This document shows positions 19,550 through 28,243 of a DNA stretch of 64,000 nt, one piece after another (within the stretch, counting starts at the first letter, position 1; the number at the start of each line of letters is the position of its first letter). The position numbers and the translations under genes are program-made. The stretch comes from Mycobacterium sp. (GTDB lineage Bacteria > Actinomycetota > Actinomycetes > Mycobacteriales > Mycobacteriaceae). The DNA is taken from NCBI GenBank assembly GCA_025963385.1, contig JAOPUT010000283.1:5865-69864 (forward strand), in the 5' to 3' direction. Under the pieces are notes generated by a model. The model made no database searches. It worked only from the letters and a program-made list of their open reading frames with translations, and was not told where the DNA came from.

Positions 19550-20347
19550 CTATGCGGTGCGCGGGGTGGCCGCGTCGACGGCGGCCTCGAGAATCCCCAG
19601 GTCGCCGCCGAGCTCGGCGACGGTGCGACGGACCACGGCGACGTCTTTGCCGATGAACTCTCCGACGCGCGCGATGAAGGCGTCCGCAGAACCCGTAGCT
19701 GCGATCATGCTGAGCACCCGGCTCTGCGAACTGCCGTGTGTCAGGGCGTTGAGCAGGGCACTCTCGTCGATTCCGAACTGCGCGCCCAACCGGGTGCCCT
19801 CGGCGACGAGGCCGATCTGGGCGGCGAACAGCGTGTTGTTGACGAGCTTGACCAGTTGCCCCGCTCCCGTCGCGCCCGCATGCAGAATCGGATCGGCGTA
19901 CGTGCTGAGCACCGGCTGGACATGGCTGACCGCGGTGTCGTCGCCGCCGACGAACAACGTGACCGAGCTCGCCGCGATGTCGTGCGGGCCGCCACTGACC
20001 GGTGCGTCGACGACCGCCACACCGGGTGCCCTCGCCGCGAGATCCCGCGCCGTGTTCGGACTTCCGGTGGTGTGCACGACCAACGTCGAACCGGCGGGCA
20101 TCGCCCCCATCAGCCCGTCGTCAAGGCACACCCTTCTCACCTGTTCGTCGGTGAAGACGCAGACGATGACGACCTCGGCTCCGTCGGCGACGGCAGGCAG
20201 GTCGGGCACCGGGTGCGCGCCAAGTGCGGTGATCGCCTGCCGCTTCTCGTCGTTGCGGGCCAGGACGTTCACCTCGTAGCCGGCCTCGACGAGGCGGCGC
20301 ACCATCGGAGCGCCCATGCGCCCGGCGCCGACGAATCCGACGCTCAT
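19550..20347 (-). CDS. Beta-hydroxyacid dehydrogenase (3-hydroxyisobutyrate / 6-PGD family)
   Basis: VGFVGAGRMG, DAPVSGG and GQLVKLVNN motifs. Confidence 0.88.
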   Translation of the reverse strand: MSVGFVGAGRMGAPMVRRLVEAGYEVNVLARNDEKRQAITALGAHPVPDLPAVADGAEVVIVCVFTDEQVRRVCLDDGLMGAMPAGSTLVVHTTGSPNTARDLAARAPGVAVVDAPVSGGPHDIAASSVTLFVGGDDTAVSHVQPVLSTYADPILHAGATGAGQLVKLVNNTLFAAQIGLVAEGTRLGAQFGIDESALLNALTHGSSQSRVLSMIAATGSADAFIARVGEFIGKDVAVVRRTVAELGGDLGILEAAVDAATPRTA

Positions 20348-21162
20348 CGGGGGTGGGACATGCGTTCGAGCGCCGTGTCCGCCACCGTGAAGACCGTGCC
20401 CTGCGGTGCCGAGGCGTCGTCGGCGAGGCTGGCCGCGTGCCTGACGTCCTTCTGAAGCAACGCACCGGCGATGGGCGCCAACGATTCCAGAGTGCCGCCG
20501 AACATCGAGATGCTGCTGACCGCCTTGCTGGTGGCGGATCCTTGGGCGAGCACCTGGCAGAGCCGATCCCGTGGCACCCCAAGCGATTCGCCGAGTTCCA
20601 ACGTGCTGATCGCGGCGCCGAGGTTGGCGCTGAAGAGCAGGTTGTTGAGGATCTTGGTGACCTGGCCGCTGCCCACCGGGCCGAGGTGCACGATGGGGTT
20701 GGCGTAGGTCTCGAAGACCGGACGGCACTTCTCGACGACGTCGTCCGCACCGCCCACCATCACCAGGAGCGTCCCCGCGGACGCGGCGGGTGCGCCGCCA
20801 CTGACCGGGGCATCGATCACCGAAACATCTTGTTTCGCAGCGGCTTCGGCGATCTCGCGGCAGGTGTCCGGGTGCACCGTGCTGTGGATGGCGACGATAC
20901 CGCCCGGCGCGAGGCCGGCCAGCACACCGGTGTCGCCGTCGAGGACCTCCCGGACGTCGTCGTCGCCGACCACGCAGAGGCAGACCAGATCACTGGCCGC
21001 GGCCAATTCGGCAGGCGACCCGGCCACCTTGGCCGGGGTGTCGGCGAAGGGTTCGACGGATTCGGGCCGTCGGCCCCACAGGGTGAGCTCGTGCCCGCCC
21101 TCGACGATGCGCCGTGCCATGGGCGCCCCCTGGCTTCCCAGTCCGATGAACCCGACGCGCAT
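20344..21162 (-). CDS. Beta-hydroxyacid dehydrogenase (3-hydroxyisobutyrate / 6-PGD family)
   Basis: VGFIGLGSQG, DAPVSGG and GQVTKILNN motifs. Confidence 0.88.
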   Translation of the reverse strand: MRVGFIGLGSQGAPMARRIVEGGHELTLWGRRPESVEPFADTPAKVAGSPAELAAASDLVCLCVVGDDDVREVLDGDTGVLAGLAPGGIVAIHSTVHPDTCREIAEAAAKQDVSVIDAPVSGGAPAASAGTLLVMVGGADDVVEKCRPVFETYANPIVHLGPVGSGQVTKILNNLLFSANLGAAISTLELGESLGVPRDRLCQVLAQGSATSKAVSSISMFGGTLESLAPIAGALLQKDVRHAASLADDASAPQGTVFTVADTALERMSHPR

Positions 21163-22031
21163 TAGCACGCCTCCCTTTCTTCCTTCGTCGCCAGGCATTG
21201 GTCGACGAACGCCAACACCCGTTCGTGATAGGTCTCGGCCGTCAGGCCGACGCTGAGATTGTGTCCACTGCTGGACATTTCGTTGACGTTCACCCGTGGA
21301 GCGGACGTGAACAGCGCCGCGATGTCGGTCAGCGACTGCGGCGTGGACTCCCACACGCGTTCGTGGTCGGCGATGCTGAACTGGACCGGCACCGTGACCC
21401 TGGCCGCGACGGCAGGGAAGTTCCGGCGCGGCCACTCTCCGGTGACCTCGGCTTCATACGCGGCGCCCGCCGCCGAAAGGCTGCCGTTGAGAACCTCGGT
21501 GGGGTACAGCTCGGTGGGTTGCCAGAGCAGGTCGCGCAGGCCTGCCGGTCGTGACGTCATCGTCGCCTGGCTGATGATGGCCTTCGCCTCCGGCGCGTAG
21601 CGCAGGCCCGTCCCCGCCACTTCGAGGCCGAAGACGTCGTCGCGGGTGTCGTCGACCGCCATGCGGAGCCCGAGCTCGCAACCCGCCGAGTGCGCCATGA
21701 CGAAGACTCCTCCGCCGCGGGCCGTGCCGACGATCTTGTCCAGCGCGCCGAACGCCAGCTCGACGCGCCGGTGGTCCTCCGACATCTCGTCCTGGTACAG
21801 CGCCGAAGCGCCGTAGCCGGGTCGGTCGAGGGCGACGGCGGTGTAGCCCTGGGAGGCGGCCATGCGCAGCAGCGAGAGTCGCGGCTGCCCGGGGCAGTCG
21901 AAGTAGCGCGACGACGTTGCGCCGCCGTGGATCGCCACGATGACCGCGCGTGGTTCTGGCGCCTCGGCGACCAGTGCCGACATCGGCACCGCACCGACCA
22001 TCACGACCCGCGGGCGGGGTTCGGTACTCAC
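21162..22031 (-). CDS. Alpha/beta hydrolase (thioesterase-like)
   Basis: IHGG, DRPGYG, AHSAG nucleophile elbow and GHN. Confidence 0.82.
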   Translation of the reverse strand: MSTEPRPRVVMVGAVPMSALVAEAPEPRAVIVAIHGGATSSRYFDCPGQPRLSLLRMAASQGYTAVALDRPGYGASALYQDEMSEDHRRVELAFGALDKIVGTARGGGVFVMAHSAGCELGLRMAVDDTRDDVFGLEVAGTGLRYAPEAKAIISQATMTSRPAGLRDLLWQPTELYPTEVLNGSLSAAGAAYEAEVTGEWPRRNFPAVAARVTVPVQFSIADHERVWESTPQSLTDIAALFTSAPRVNVNEMSSSGHNLSVGLTAETYHERVLAFVDQCLATKEEREAC

Positions 22032-23671
22032 GAGTCGGTCCGCAGCAGGATCGCGCCGCTGGGGGTCAGGCCGCCGCTGCTGACGACCGCGACGTGGGCG
22101 TCGGCGACCTGCCGCTCGCCGGCTTCGCCGCGCAGCTGCGATACCGCCTCGTGCACGAGTCCCATGCCGTGGGTGCGCCCGTGGGACAGCTGACCGCCGT
22201 GGGTGTTGAGTGGGATCACCCCGTCGCGCGCGATGTTCGTGCCGCCGTCCAGGAAGTCCTTGGCCTCGCCGATACCGCAGAAGCCGAGCGCTTCGAGCCA
22301 GGACAGGCAGTTGAAGCTGAATCCGTCGTACAGTTCGGCGACGTCGACGTCGTTGGGCCGCAACGAGGTTCGGGTCCACAGGTGGGCGGCCTGGCCGAGC
22401 ACCTGGGGCTCGTGCGTCATCGTGGTCTGGTCCCAGTCCGTGCGCTCGACGATCTGGGTGCCCACCGCCTCGAAGAGGACGGGTGCCTTGGGCAGGTCAC
22501 GGGCCACGTCGATGGCCGACACGACGACGGCGACGGCGCCGTCGCACGGCACGTCACAGTCGTACAGCCCGAACGGCGTGGTGATCGGCCGGGCGTTCAG
22601 GTAATCATCCATCGTCATCGGATCGCGGTAGATGGCCGTCGGGTTGAGCGCCGCGTTGGCCCGCTGGTTGAGCGCGATCCACCCCAGGGTCTTGCGCGTG
22701 GTGCCGTAGCGCTGGAAGTGGCGTTGGGCGTTGAGCGCCAACGTATGTGCGGCCGACGTCGCACCGAAGGGCATCTGCCAGCTGGTGGTGCGGGCACCCC
22801 CCGGCGGGGCCATCTTGCCCTCCTTCATCAGCTGGCCGAAGGTGGCCTCCCAGAGCGTGCGGAAGCAGAGCACGTGACGGGCCATCCCGGTGGCGACGGC
22901 CATCATCGCCGCGATGACCGAACCGCCAGGACCGAAGGTGTCCATGCCGCCGTTGATCCACGTCGGTTTGAGGCCGAGGGCGCCCTCGAGCGCGTTCACC
23001 CCGCCTTCGCCCATGCCCGCGATGTCGAGACCCGGATAGGTCGACAGTCCGTCGATGTCCTCGAACGTCAGACCGGCGTCGGCGACCGCGGCCTCGCACG
23101 CCTCGATCGTCAAGGACAGCGGGGGCACCATCAACCGGCGTCCCAGCCGGGAGGCGCCGATCCCGGTGATCGCCGAGTGCTCCTCGAACTTCTCCTTGGT
23201 GAGCATCGGTCGGACGTGCTTGCCGAAGTCCTGTGGTGCGATCTCGTCGACCGGCTGCGGTAGCGGCGTCGTGTCGGAGGACGGTGTGAAGAGGGGCAGC
23301 CAGACGTCCGCGAGCCGTTCGAACACCACCTCGACGGGCTGGCCGACTTCGAGCGTCTCCGGATCGCATTCGATGATGTTGGTGGTCAACCGAACCCGCG
23401 GATCCTCGGCGATCGCGACCTGCGCGATCACGTACGGCGGCGGCAGATCGGGAAACCCGAAGCGGTGGTTGACGGTGAACGCGGACAGAGTGGCCTTGCC
23501 CGACACCGCTCGTACGCCCATGTCGTGGCTGCGGCAATAGCGACAGATCGGGGTAGGGGGGTGGATCAGTGCCTGGCAGGACTGGCATTCCTGCAAGCGC
23601 AGTCGACCGTCCTCGCCTGCGGTCCAGAAGTATTCGTTCTCGCCGGTGACTTGCGGGAGCGGCCTGGTCAC
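22028..23671 (-). CDS. DUF35 (Zn-ribbon/OB-fold) fused to an SCP2-type thiolase-fold protein (Ltp2-like aldolase candidate)
   Basis: N-terminal CQSC...CRYC plus OB fold; thiolase fold with LYDGFSF and NTHGGQLSHGRTHG, lacking the N-terminal catalytic Cys. Confidence 0.85.
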   Translation of the reverse strand: MTRPLPQVTGENEYFWTAGEDGRLRLQECQSCQALIHPPTPICRYCRSHDMGVRAVSGKATLSAFTVNHRFGFPDLPPPYVIAQVAIAEDPRVRLTTNIIECDPETLEVGQPVEVVFERLADVWLPLFTPSSDTTPLPQPVDEIAPQDFGKHVRPMLTKEKFEEHSAITGIGASRLGRRLMVPPLSLTIEACEAAVADAGLTFEDIDGLSTYPGLDIAGMGEGGVNALEGALGLKPTWINGGMDTFGPGGSVIAAMMAVATGMARHVLCFRTLWEATFGQLMKEGKMAPPGGARTTSWQMPFGATSAAHTLALNAQRHFQRYGTTRKTLGWIALNQRANAALNPTAIYRDPMTMDDYLNARPITTPFGLYDCDVPCDGAVAVVVSAIDVARDLPKAPVLFEAVGTQIVERTDWDQTTMTHEPQVLGQAAHLWTRTSLRPNDVDVAELYDGFSFNCLSWLEALGFCGIGEAKDFLDGGTNIARDGVIPLNTHGGQLSHGRTHGMGLVHEAVSQLRGEAGERQVADAHVAVVSSGGLTPSGAILLRTDS

Positions 23672-23967
23672 CGGACGAATTCCGAGATCGCTTCACTGTT
23701 CTCGGTGACGACGTCGGGTTCGGTCGTTCGCTCCGACCCGGCCGACGAGCGGGACTCGCCGGAGGGCTGGTGCTCACCCATCGCGATGATCGCGTGGACC
23801 GGACAGTCCAGCAGCGCCCGCTTGACCGCGTCCTCGTCGGCGGCATCGACGACGCCGGTGCCGCTCAGCGACGCGTAGCCCCAGTCGTCGAGCGAGAAGT
23901 ACGCCGGTGCGTGCTTGGCGCAGATGCCGAAGCCGTCGCACAGGGTCCGGTCCACACGGATCCGCAT
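23668..23967 (-). CDS. Ferredoxin (CxxFxxC...CP) with C-terminal extension
   Basis: MRIRVDRTLCDGFGIC...DCPVHAI. Confidence 0.88.
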   Translation of the reverse strand: MRIRVDRTLCDGFGICAKHAPAYFSLDDWGYASLSGTGVVDAADEDAVKRALLDCPVHAIIAMGEHQPSGESRSSAGSERTTEPDVVTENSEAISEFVR

Positions 23968-25256
23968 CAGAGTGCCTCCACCTCGTAGGGACGCACGGCG
24001 CTGTAGGCGCCCGTGCGGCACGCATCGCACTCGCCTGCGACATGACGGGCGACGAGCTGCGGGAACTGTTGCAGCAGTGTGGCTGCCACGTTCGTGGCCG
24101 CGTCGAGGGTCGCGCAGGCGCCGCGTCCGCGCAGCACCACCGACCAGCGCTCCAGTCGGGCGAGGTCCTCGGCCGTGGCCGCACCGTCGCGCAGTGCAGC
24201 GGTGACGGCCGACATCGCCGCGGTGCCGTTGAAGCACGAGCCGCACTGGTCCGCGTTCTCCCGGTCGAAGTACGCCATCACCGCTGCGGCGACCGCCACA
24301 GGGCAGTCATCGGTGATGACCGCCACCGCACCGCAGCCAAGGCCGCTGCCGAGTGCGCGCATCGTCTCGTGGTCCAGCGTCGTGCCGAGCACGACGTCGT
24401 TCAGCAGGCCGGCGAAGTAACCACCCATCAGCACCCCGGTCACGGCGTCCTTCGAGACACCGTGCCGGTCAAGCACTTCGGTGAACGCGACGCCGTGGGG
24501 GAGTTCGTAGAGCACGGGGGGACGCCCGCCACCGGTGATGGTGGCGAGAAAGGTGCCCGGCGAGGCGGTCGTGCCGACGGAACGGTAGGCGTCGGCGCCA
24601 TCTCGCAGCACGGTGGGCAGATTGGCCAGTGTCTCGACATTGCTGACCAGGGTCGGGTGACCGCCGACGCCGCACTCGAACGGCCGCGGTGGTTTGTCGG
24701 TCGGCTTGGCGGGACCGCCGTTGACGGCCCGCACCGCGGCGGTCTCCTCCCCGGCGACGTAGCCACCGTCGACCGTGACGACCTCGATGGCGACGTCGAA
24801 GTCGCACTCACCGAGCGCAGTACGGAGGACGTCTGCGGCGAGCGGATCCGAGACGTACACGTACGCGCGCTCGGCGCCGACCATGGCCGCCGCAAGCCGG
24901 ACACCGTCGAGCACCAGGTGCGGGCGGTGGCGCAGCAGCCACTTGTCCTTGACCGAAGCCGGTTCGCCCTCTTCGCCGTTGGCGAGGACCACCGTCGGGC
25001 CTCCGCTGCGGCCGGCGTCGCGGACGGTGCGGAGCTTGACGGCGAGCGGGAACGCGGCACCCCCGCGGCCGAGGAGCCCGCTGCGGTCCACCTCGTCGAT
25101 GAGCCGGTCCGGGTCGTCGATCCTCTGGTAACCGCCACCATCGACGTAGGAGGCGTGGTCCTCCGTGCCGGACAAGGCCCGCAGCAGCCGCGGCGTGGTG
25201 CCTGGCCATGCCGCCGCGGTGATGGTGGCTGCCTGTGGGGATACGCCGGCGGTCAT
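23967..25256 (-). CDS. Stand-alone NuoF-like NADH-binding flavoprotein
   Basis: GRGGAAFP, ANGEEGEP, YVAGEETA, NVETL and QCGSC...GAC motifs; no other nuo genes nearby. Confidence 0.85.
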   Translation of the reverse strand: MTAGVSPQAATITAAAWPGTTPRLLRALSGTEDHASYVDGGGYQRIDDPDRLIDEVDRSGLLGRGGAAFPLAVKLRTVRDAGRSGGPTVVLANGEEGEPASVKDKWLLRHRPHLVLDGVRLAAAMVGAERAYVYVSDPLAADVLRTALGECDFDVAIEVVTVDGGYVAGEETAAVRAVNGGPAKPTDKPPRPFECGVGGHPTLVSNVETLANLPTVLRDGADAYRSVGTTASPGTFLATITGGGRPPVLYELPHGVAFTEVLDRHGVSKDAVTGVLMGGYFAGLLNDVVLGTTLDHETMRALGSGLGCGAVAVITDDCPVAVAAAVMAYFDRENADQCGSCFNGTAAMSAVTAALRDGAATAEDLARLERWSVVLRGRGACATLDAATNVAATLLQQFPQLVARHVAGECDACRTGAYSAVRPYEVEAL

Positions 25257-25292
25257 GGCTGCACCTTCCTACCCGCGGATAGGCTGGCGGGC

Positions 25293-25775
25293 ATGAGAAC
25301 TGCGGTGGTGCGCGTCGACGTCGACCCGTTGACGCGGCTGGACCCCGCACGACTAACGGAGGGCATGGCGACCCTCTCGCGTCTGGCCGGCGAGTTCGGC
25401 GCAGACGTGGTGGACGCCGACCTCGCGGCGCTTCCGCCCAGCCGCCGCCAGGTCGAGGTGCTCCTCGCCGGTGATGATCCCGACGAGTTGAAACGCGTGG
25501 CAGTCGAACTGTGCGCCAGTGCCTTCGGAGCGTTCGGAGCCGAACCGGTCGCCGGCGTGCTCACCTATGTCAGCAGGGGTACGGACGACGATGCGCACGG
25601 GGTTCTGGCGGGACTCGGGTTGAGCGGTGAGATCGTCAGGACCGCCGATGACGAGGGCTGGGACGTGATCACGGTGACGCTGCGCAAGGCCGACCTCGAG
25701 CGGGTACCCGAGAGTCGCGTCCACACCGCGCTGGAGGCCTCGCTGAACTGCGAGGTCCGCATCGTCACCGTGTGA
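25293..25775 (+). CDS. Hypothetical protein, antisense to the surrounding gene run
   Basis: 160-aa ORF with typical codon usage filling the gap between the hydrolase and the NuoF-like gene. Confidence 0.7.
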   Translation: MRTAVVRVDVDPLTRLDPARLTEGMATLSRLAGEFGADVVDADLAALPPSRRQVEVLLAGDDPDELKRVAVELCASAFGAFGAEPVAGVLTYVSRGTDDDAHGVLAGLGLSGEIVRTADDEGWDVITVTLRKADLERVPESRVHTALEASLNCEVRIVTV

Positions 25776-25783
25776 GTGCGTCA

Positions 25784-26656
25784 TCACTTGCCCAGGAAGT
25801 CCAGGATCGCGGGAGCCGCCTGCACCCACGTGTCGAACATGTTGAACCGCTTGACCTTCCCCGAGGCGCGGGCCTCGCCTGCCCGCTCCCAGGCGTCCTC
25901 CGGCCACGGGGGATCGATCAGCGTGGATCCCTTGATCAAGCAGCTGATCTCCAGCGAGGTCCGCTTGGGGTGGTCCATGTCGTTCTCACCGCCGCGGATG
26001 ATCAGGGTGGGCACCTTGATCTCGTCGAACATCTCGTCCTCGACACCGGGGATGGTCTGACCGGGTTTCGGGACGAATGCGTTGAGCCAGCGCAACATCA
26101 GCTTGAGGAACTCGGCGGCGTCGAACCCGAGGATGCGGGCCTCGTTGTCGGCGTTCTCGGCGATGCGCTCACGCCACTCGCCGACGCGGGCGACGTCCTT
26201 CATGCCCCCTCCGCGCACCGCGAGGATGCTGGGCACGATGTAGTACGACCCGAGCACGAAGGAGCCGTACACTCCGCCGACGATGTTCCACACCACCAGT
26301 TTCGTGACCAGCTCGGGGTAGAGCATCGTGGTCAGCATGGAATCTCTGGCGCCGCCGGAGCCACCGGCGAGAATGCACGGCCCGATGTCGAGCTTGGTGA
26401 TCAGTTGTTTCAACGTCTCTGCGCGCATGTGCGATTCGCTCTGCCCGTAGAACTGCACGTCCGACTTGCCGCAGTTGGGCCGATCCCAGAGAAGCACCCG
26501 GTAGCCGCCCTTGACCAGTTCGCGCGCCAGCGGCTTCAACCCGGGAATGTCCTTGCTGAACCGGCCGCCAGGGGTGAGGGCGATGAATTCACCTGTCTTG
26601 CCCAGGATCTCGTACACCACGTTGCCGCCGTTGATCTCCATCTTCTTCGATGGCAT
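25784..26656 (-). CDS. Alpha/beta hydrolase
   Basis: WDRPNCGKS and GGSGG elbow. Confidence 0.82.
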   Translation of the reverse strand: MPSKKMEINGGNVVYEILGKTGEFIALTPGGRFSKDIPGLKPLARELVKGGYRVLLWDRPNCGKSDVQFYGQSESHMRAETLKQLITKLDIGPCILAGGSGGARDSMLTTMLYPELVTKLVVWNIVGGVYGSFVLGSYYIVPSILAVRGGGMKDVARVGEWRERIAENADNEARILGFDAAEFLKLMLRWLNAFVPKPGQTIPGVEDEMFDEIKVPTLIIRGGENDMDHPKRTSLEISCLIKGSTLIDPPWPEDAWERAGEARASGKVKRFNMFDTWVQAAPAILDFLGK

Positions 26657-26672
26657 CGAATCTCCCGTGTGC

Positions 26673-27065
26673 TCAGGCCTGTACCAGGACGTCGTCGCCG
26701 ACGACCCGGACGGGATAGGTGCGGATGCTCCACTCCGGTTTGACCGCGGTGGTGCCAGTGGCCAGCTCGAAACCCCATTGGTGCCAGGGGCAGTAGATGA
26801 ACTCCATGTCGCGGACCATCACCGCGTCACCTGGGACGCTGTCGTCCACGACGTTTCGCCCCCGTGCCCGCCCCGCGCACAGCGGGCCGCCTTCGTGCGG
26901 GCAGTAGTTCGCGATGGCGTAGAAGGTGCCGTTGACGTTGTATACGCCGACGCCGTGCCGTCCGATGGGGACGAGTTTGTGAGTGCCGGGCGGGATTTCG
27001 TCGACGGTGGCCACGACGTGTTCGCGCCCCTGCGCCAGCCGGGGCGGTTTGACTTCTTCGGTCAC
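26673..27065 (-). CDS. Rieske [2Fe-2S] ferredoxin
   Basis: CPHEGG...CPWH; 130 aa. Confidence 0.9.
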   Translation of the reverse strand: MTEEVKPPRLAQGREHVVATVDEIPPGTHKLVPIGRHGVGVYNVNGTFYAIANYCPHEGGPLCAGRARGRNVVDDSVPGDAVMVRDMEFIYCPWHQWGFELATGTTAVKPEWSIRTYPVRVVGDDVLVQA

Positions 27066-27069
27066 GTCG

Positions 27070-28221
27070 TCAGAACACCCGGACCTGGCCCTCGAGAGCC
27101 GGGACGGTCTCGGGGAGGTGATAGGTCTTGATCCCGTTGCGGAACATCACCTGCTCACGCGCGTGTTCGGGAAGATGCTTGACCAGCCAACGCGGATCGT
27201 CGAACGTCCAGTGCGGATAGTCCGAGGAGTACAGCAGGATCTTCTCGCAGTCCATCCACTCGAACGCCCGGCTCAGCTCGGTCTTGTCCTCGGGATAGTC
27301 CAGCGGCTGGGTGGTGAACTTGATGTGGTCGGAGATGATCTCCGAGGGCTTGCGGGCGATCTCCATCCACTGCTTGCGCCGCTCGTAGATGGCGTCCATC
27401 CGCCACATCAGCGGCAGGATCCAGGTGAACGCGTGCTCGACGAACACGATGCGCAGGGTCGGGAAGCGTTCGAAGGTGCCGTCGAACACCAGGCTCATCA
27501 CCTGGTTCGCGGCGAGCAGCGAGTAGGTGACCATGAAGTCGTGGTTGTAGCTGGGGAGCCCGACCGGGGGGAAGGGCAGTTCCTCGAAGTGGCCGCGTGA
27601 CAGGTGGCAGCTCACCGGGATGTCGTGCTTGGTGGCTGCCGCCCAGATCGGGTCGTACTTCGGATTGCCCCACGACGGTCGTGGTTCGGCCTTGATGAGC
27701 ACCTGCGACATGTAGTCGTGCCCGACCCACTTCTCGATCTCGCGAGCGGCCGCGTCGGGCTCCTCGATGTTGGCGCAGATCGAGCCACGCCACCGCTCGT
27801 GCCAGTTGTTGTGGCTGTCGAGCCAGTGGTTGGCCTGCCAGTCGTTCAGCGCGGAGCACATCGCGGAATTGGCCTCGGGAATGCGGGCCGAGTATGCCGC
27901 GGGTTCCAGGATCGCGATGTCGGCGCCGGCTTCCATGATGAGCTGCTTGAACGCCAGATCCGGACTGCTGCCCGCGAATTCGCCGTCGGGCGGGAAGGTG
28001 TCGACGCGCATGGCGTAGGAGTGCGCGTAGTCGGGCGCGTCGTAGTAGATTTGCTCGCCGACCGGGTGGGTGCCGAAGTATTGGCTGCGCCACGGCTCTG
28101 GGATGTACTCGCCGAGTTCGCCACGGCGGGGCGTCGGGTGGACGTCGGAGTCGACGCACCGGACGGCGATGCGCTCGGCGGCAGGCACTCTCGGATTGGC
28201 AGACGTACTCGTGATCGTCAT
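27070..28221 (-). CDS. Amidohydrolase_2-fold protein with intact metal ligands (candidate oxygenase alpha subunit)
   Basis: DSDVH, SCH, FVEH and SDYPHWTFD. Confidence 0.85.
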   Translation of the reverse strand: MTITSTSANPRVPAAERIAVRCVDSDVHPTPRRGELGEYIPEPWRSQYFGTHPVGEQIYYDAPDYAHSYAMRVDTFPPDGEFAGSSPDLAFKQLIMEAGADIAILEPAAYSARIPEANSAMCSALNDWQANHWLDSHNNWHERWRGSICANIEEPDAAAREIEKWVGHDYMSQVLIKAEPRPSWGNPKYDPIWAAATKHDIPVSCHLSRGHFEELPFPPVGLPSYNHDFMVTYSLLAANQVMSLVFDGTFERFPTLRIVFVEHAFTWILPLMWRMDAIYERRKQWMEIARKPSEIISDHIKFTTQPLDYPEDKTELSRAFEWMDCEKILLYSSDYPHWTFDDPRWLVKHLPEHAREQVMFRNGIKTYHLPETVPALEGQVRVF

Positions 28222-28243
28222 GGTTCCCTCTCTCGCCGTCCCT

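Noticed and set aside
23967-25256. Respiratory complex I (nuo) locus
   Set aside because: Only a NuoF-like gene is present; there is no nuoE, nuoG or membrane subunit nearby.
23907-25775. Long ORFs such as 23907..25775, 50065..52059, 53841..55643 and 57216..59474
   Set aside because: They are antisense shadows of real genes, typical of high-GC DNA. Only the 3' parts of the first two (from 25293 and 51445) are genuine genes.
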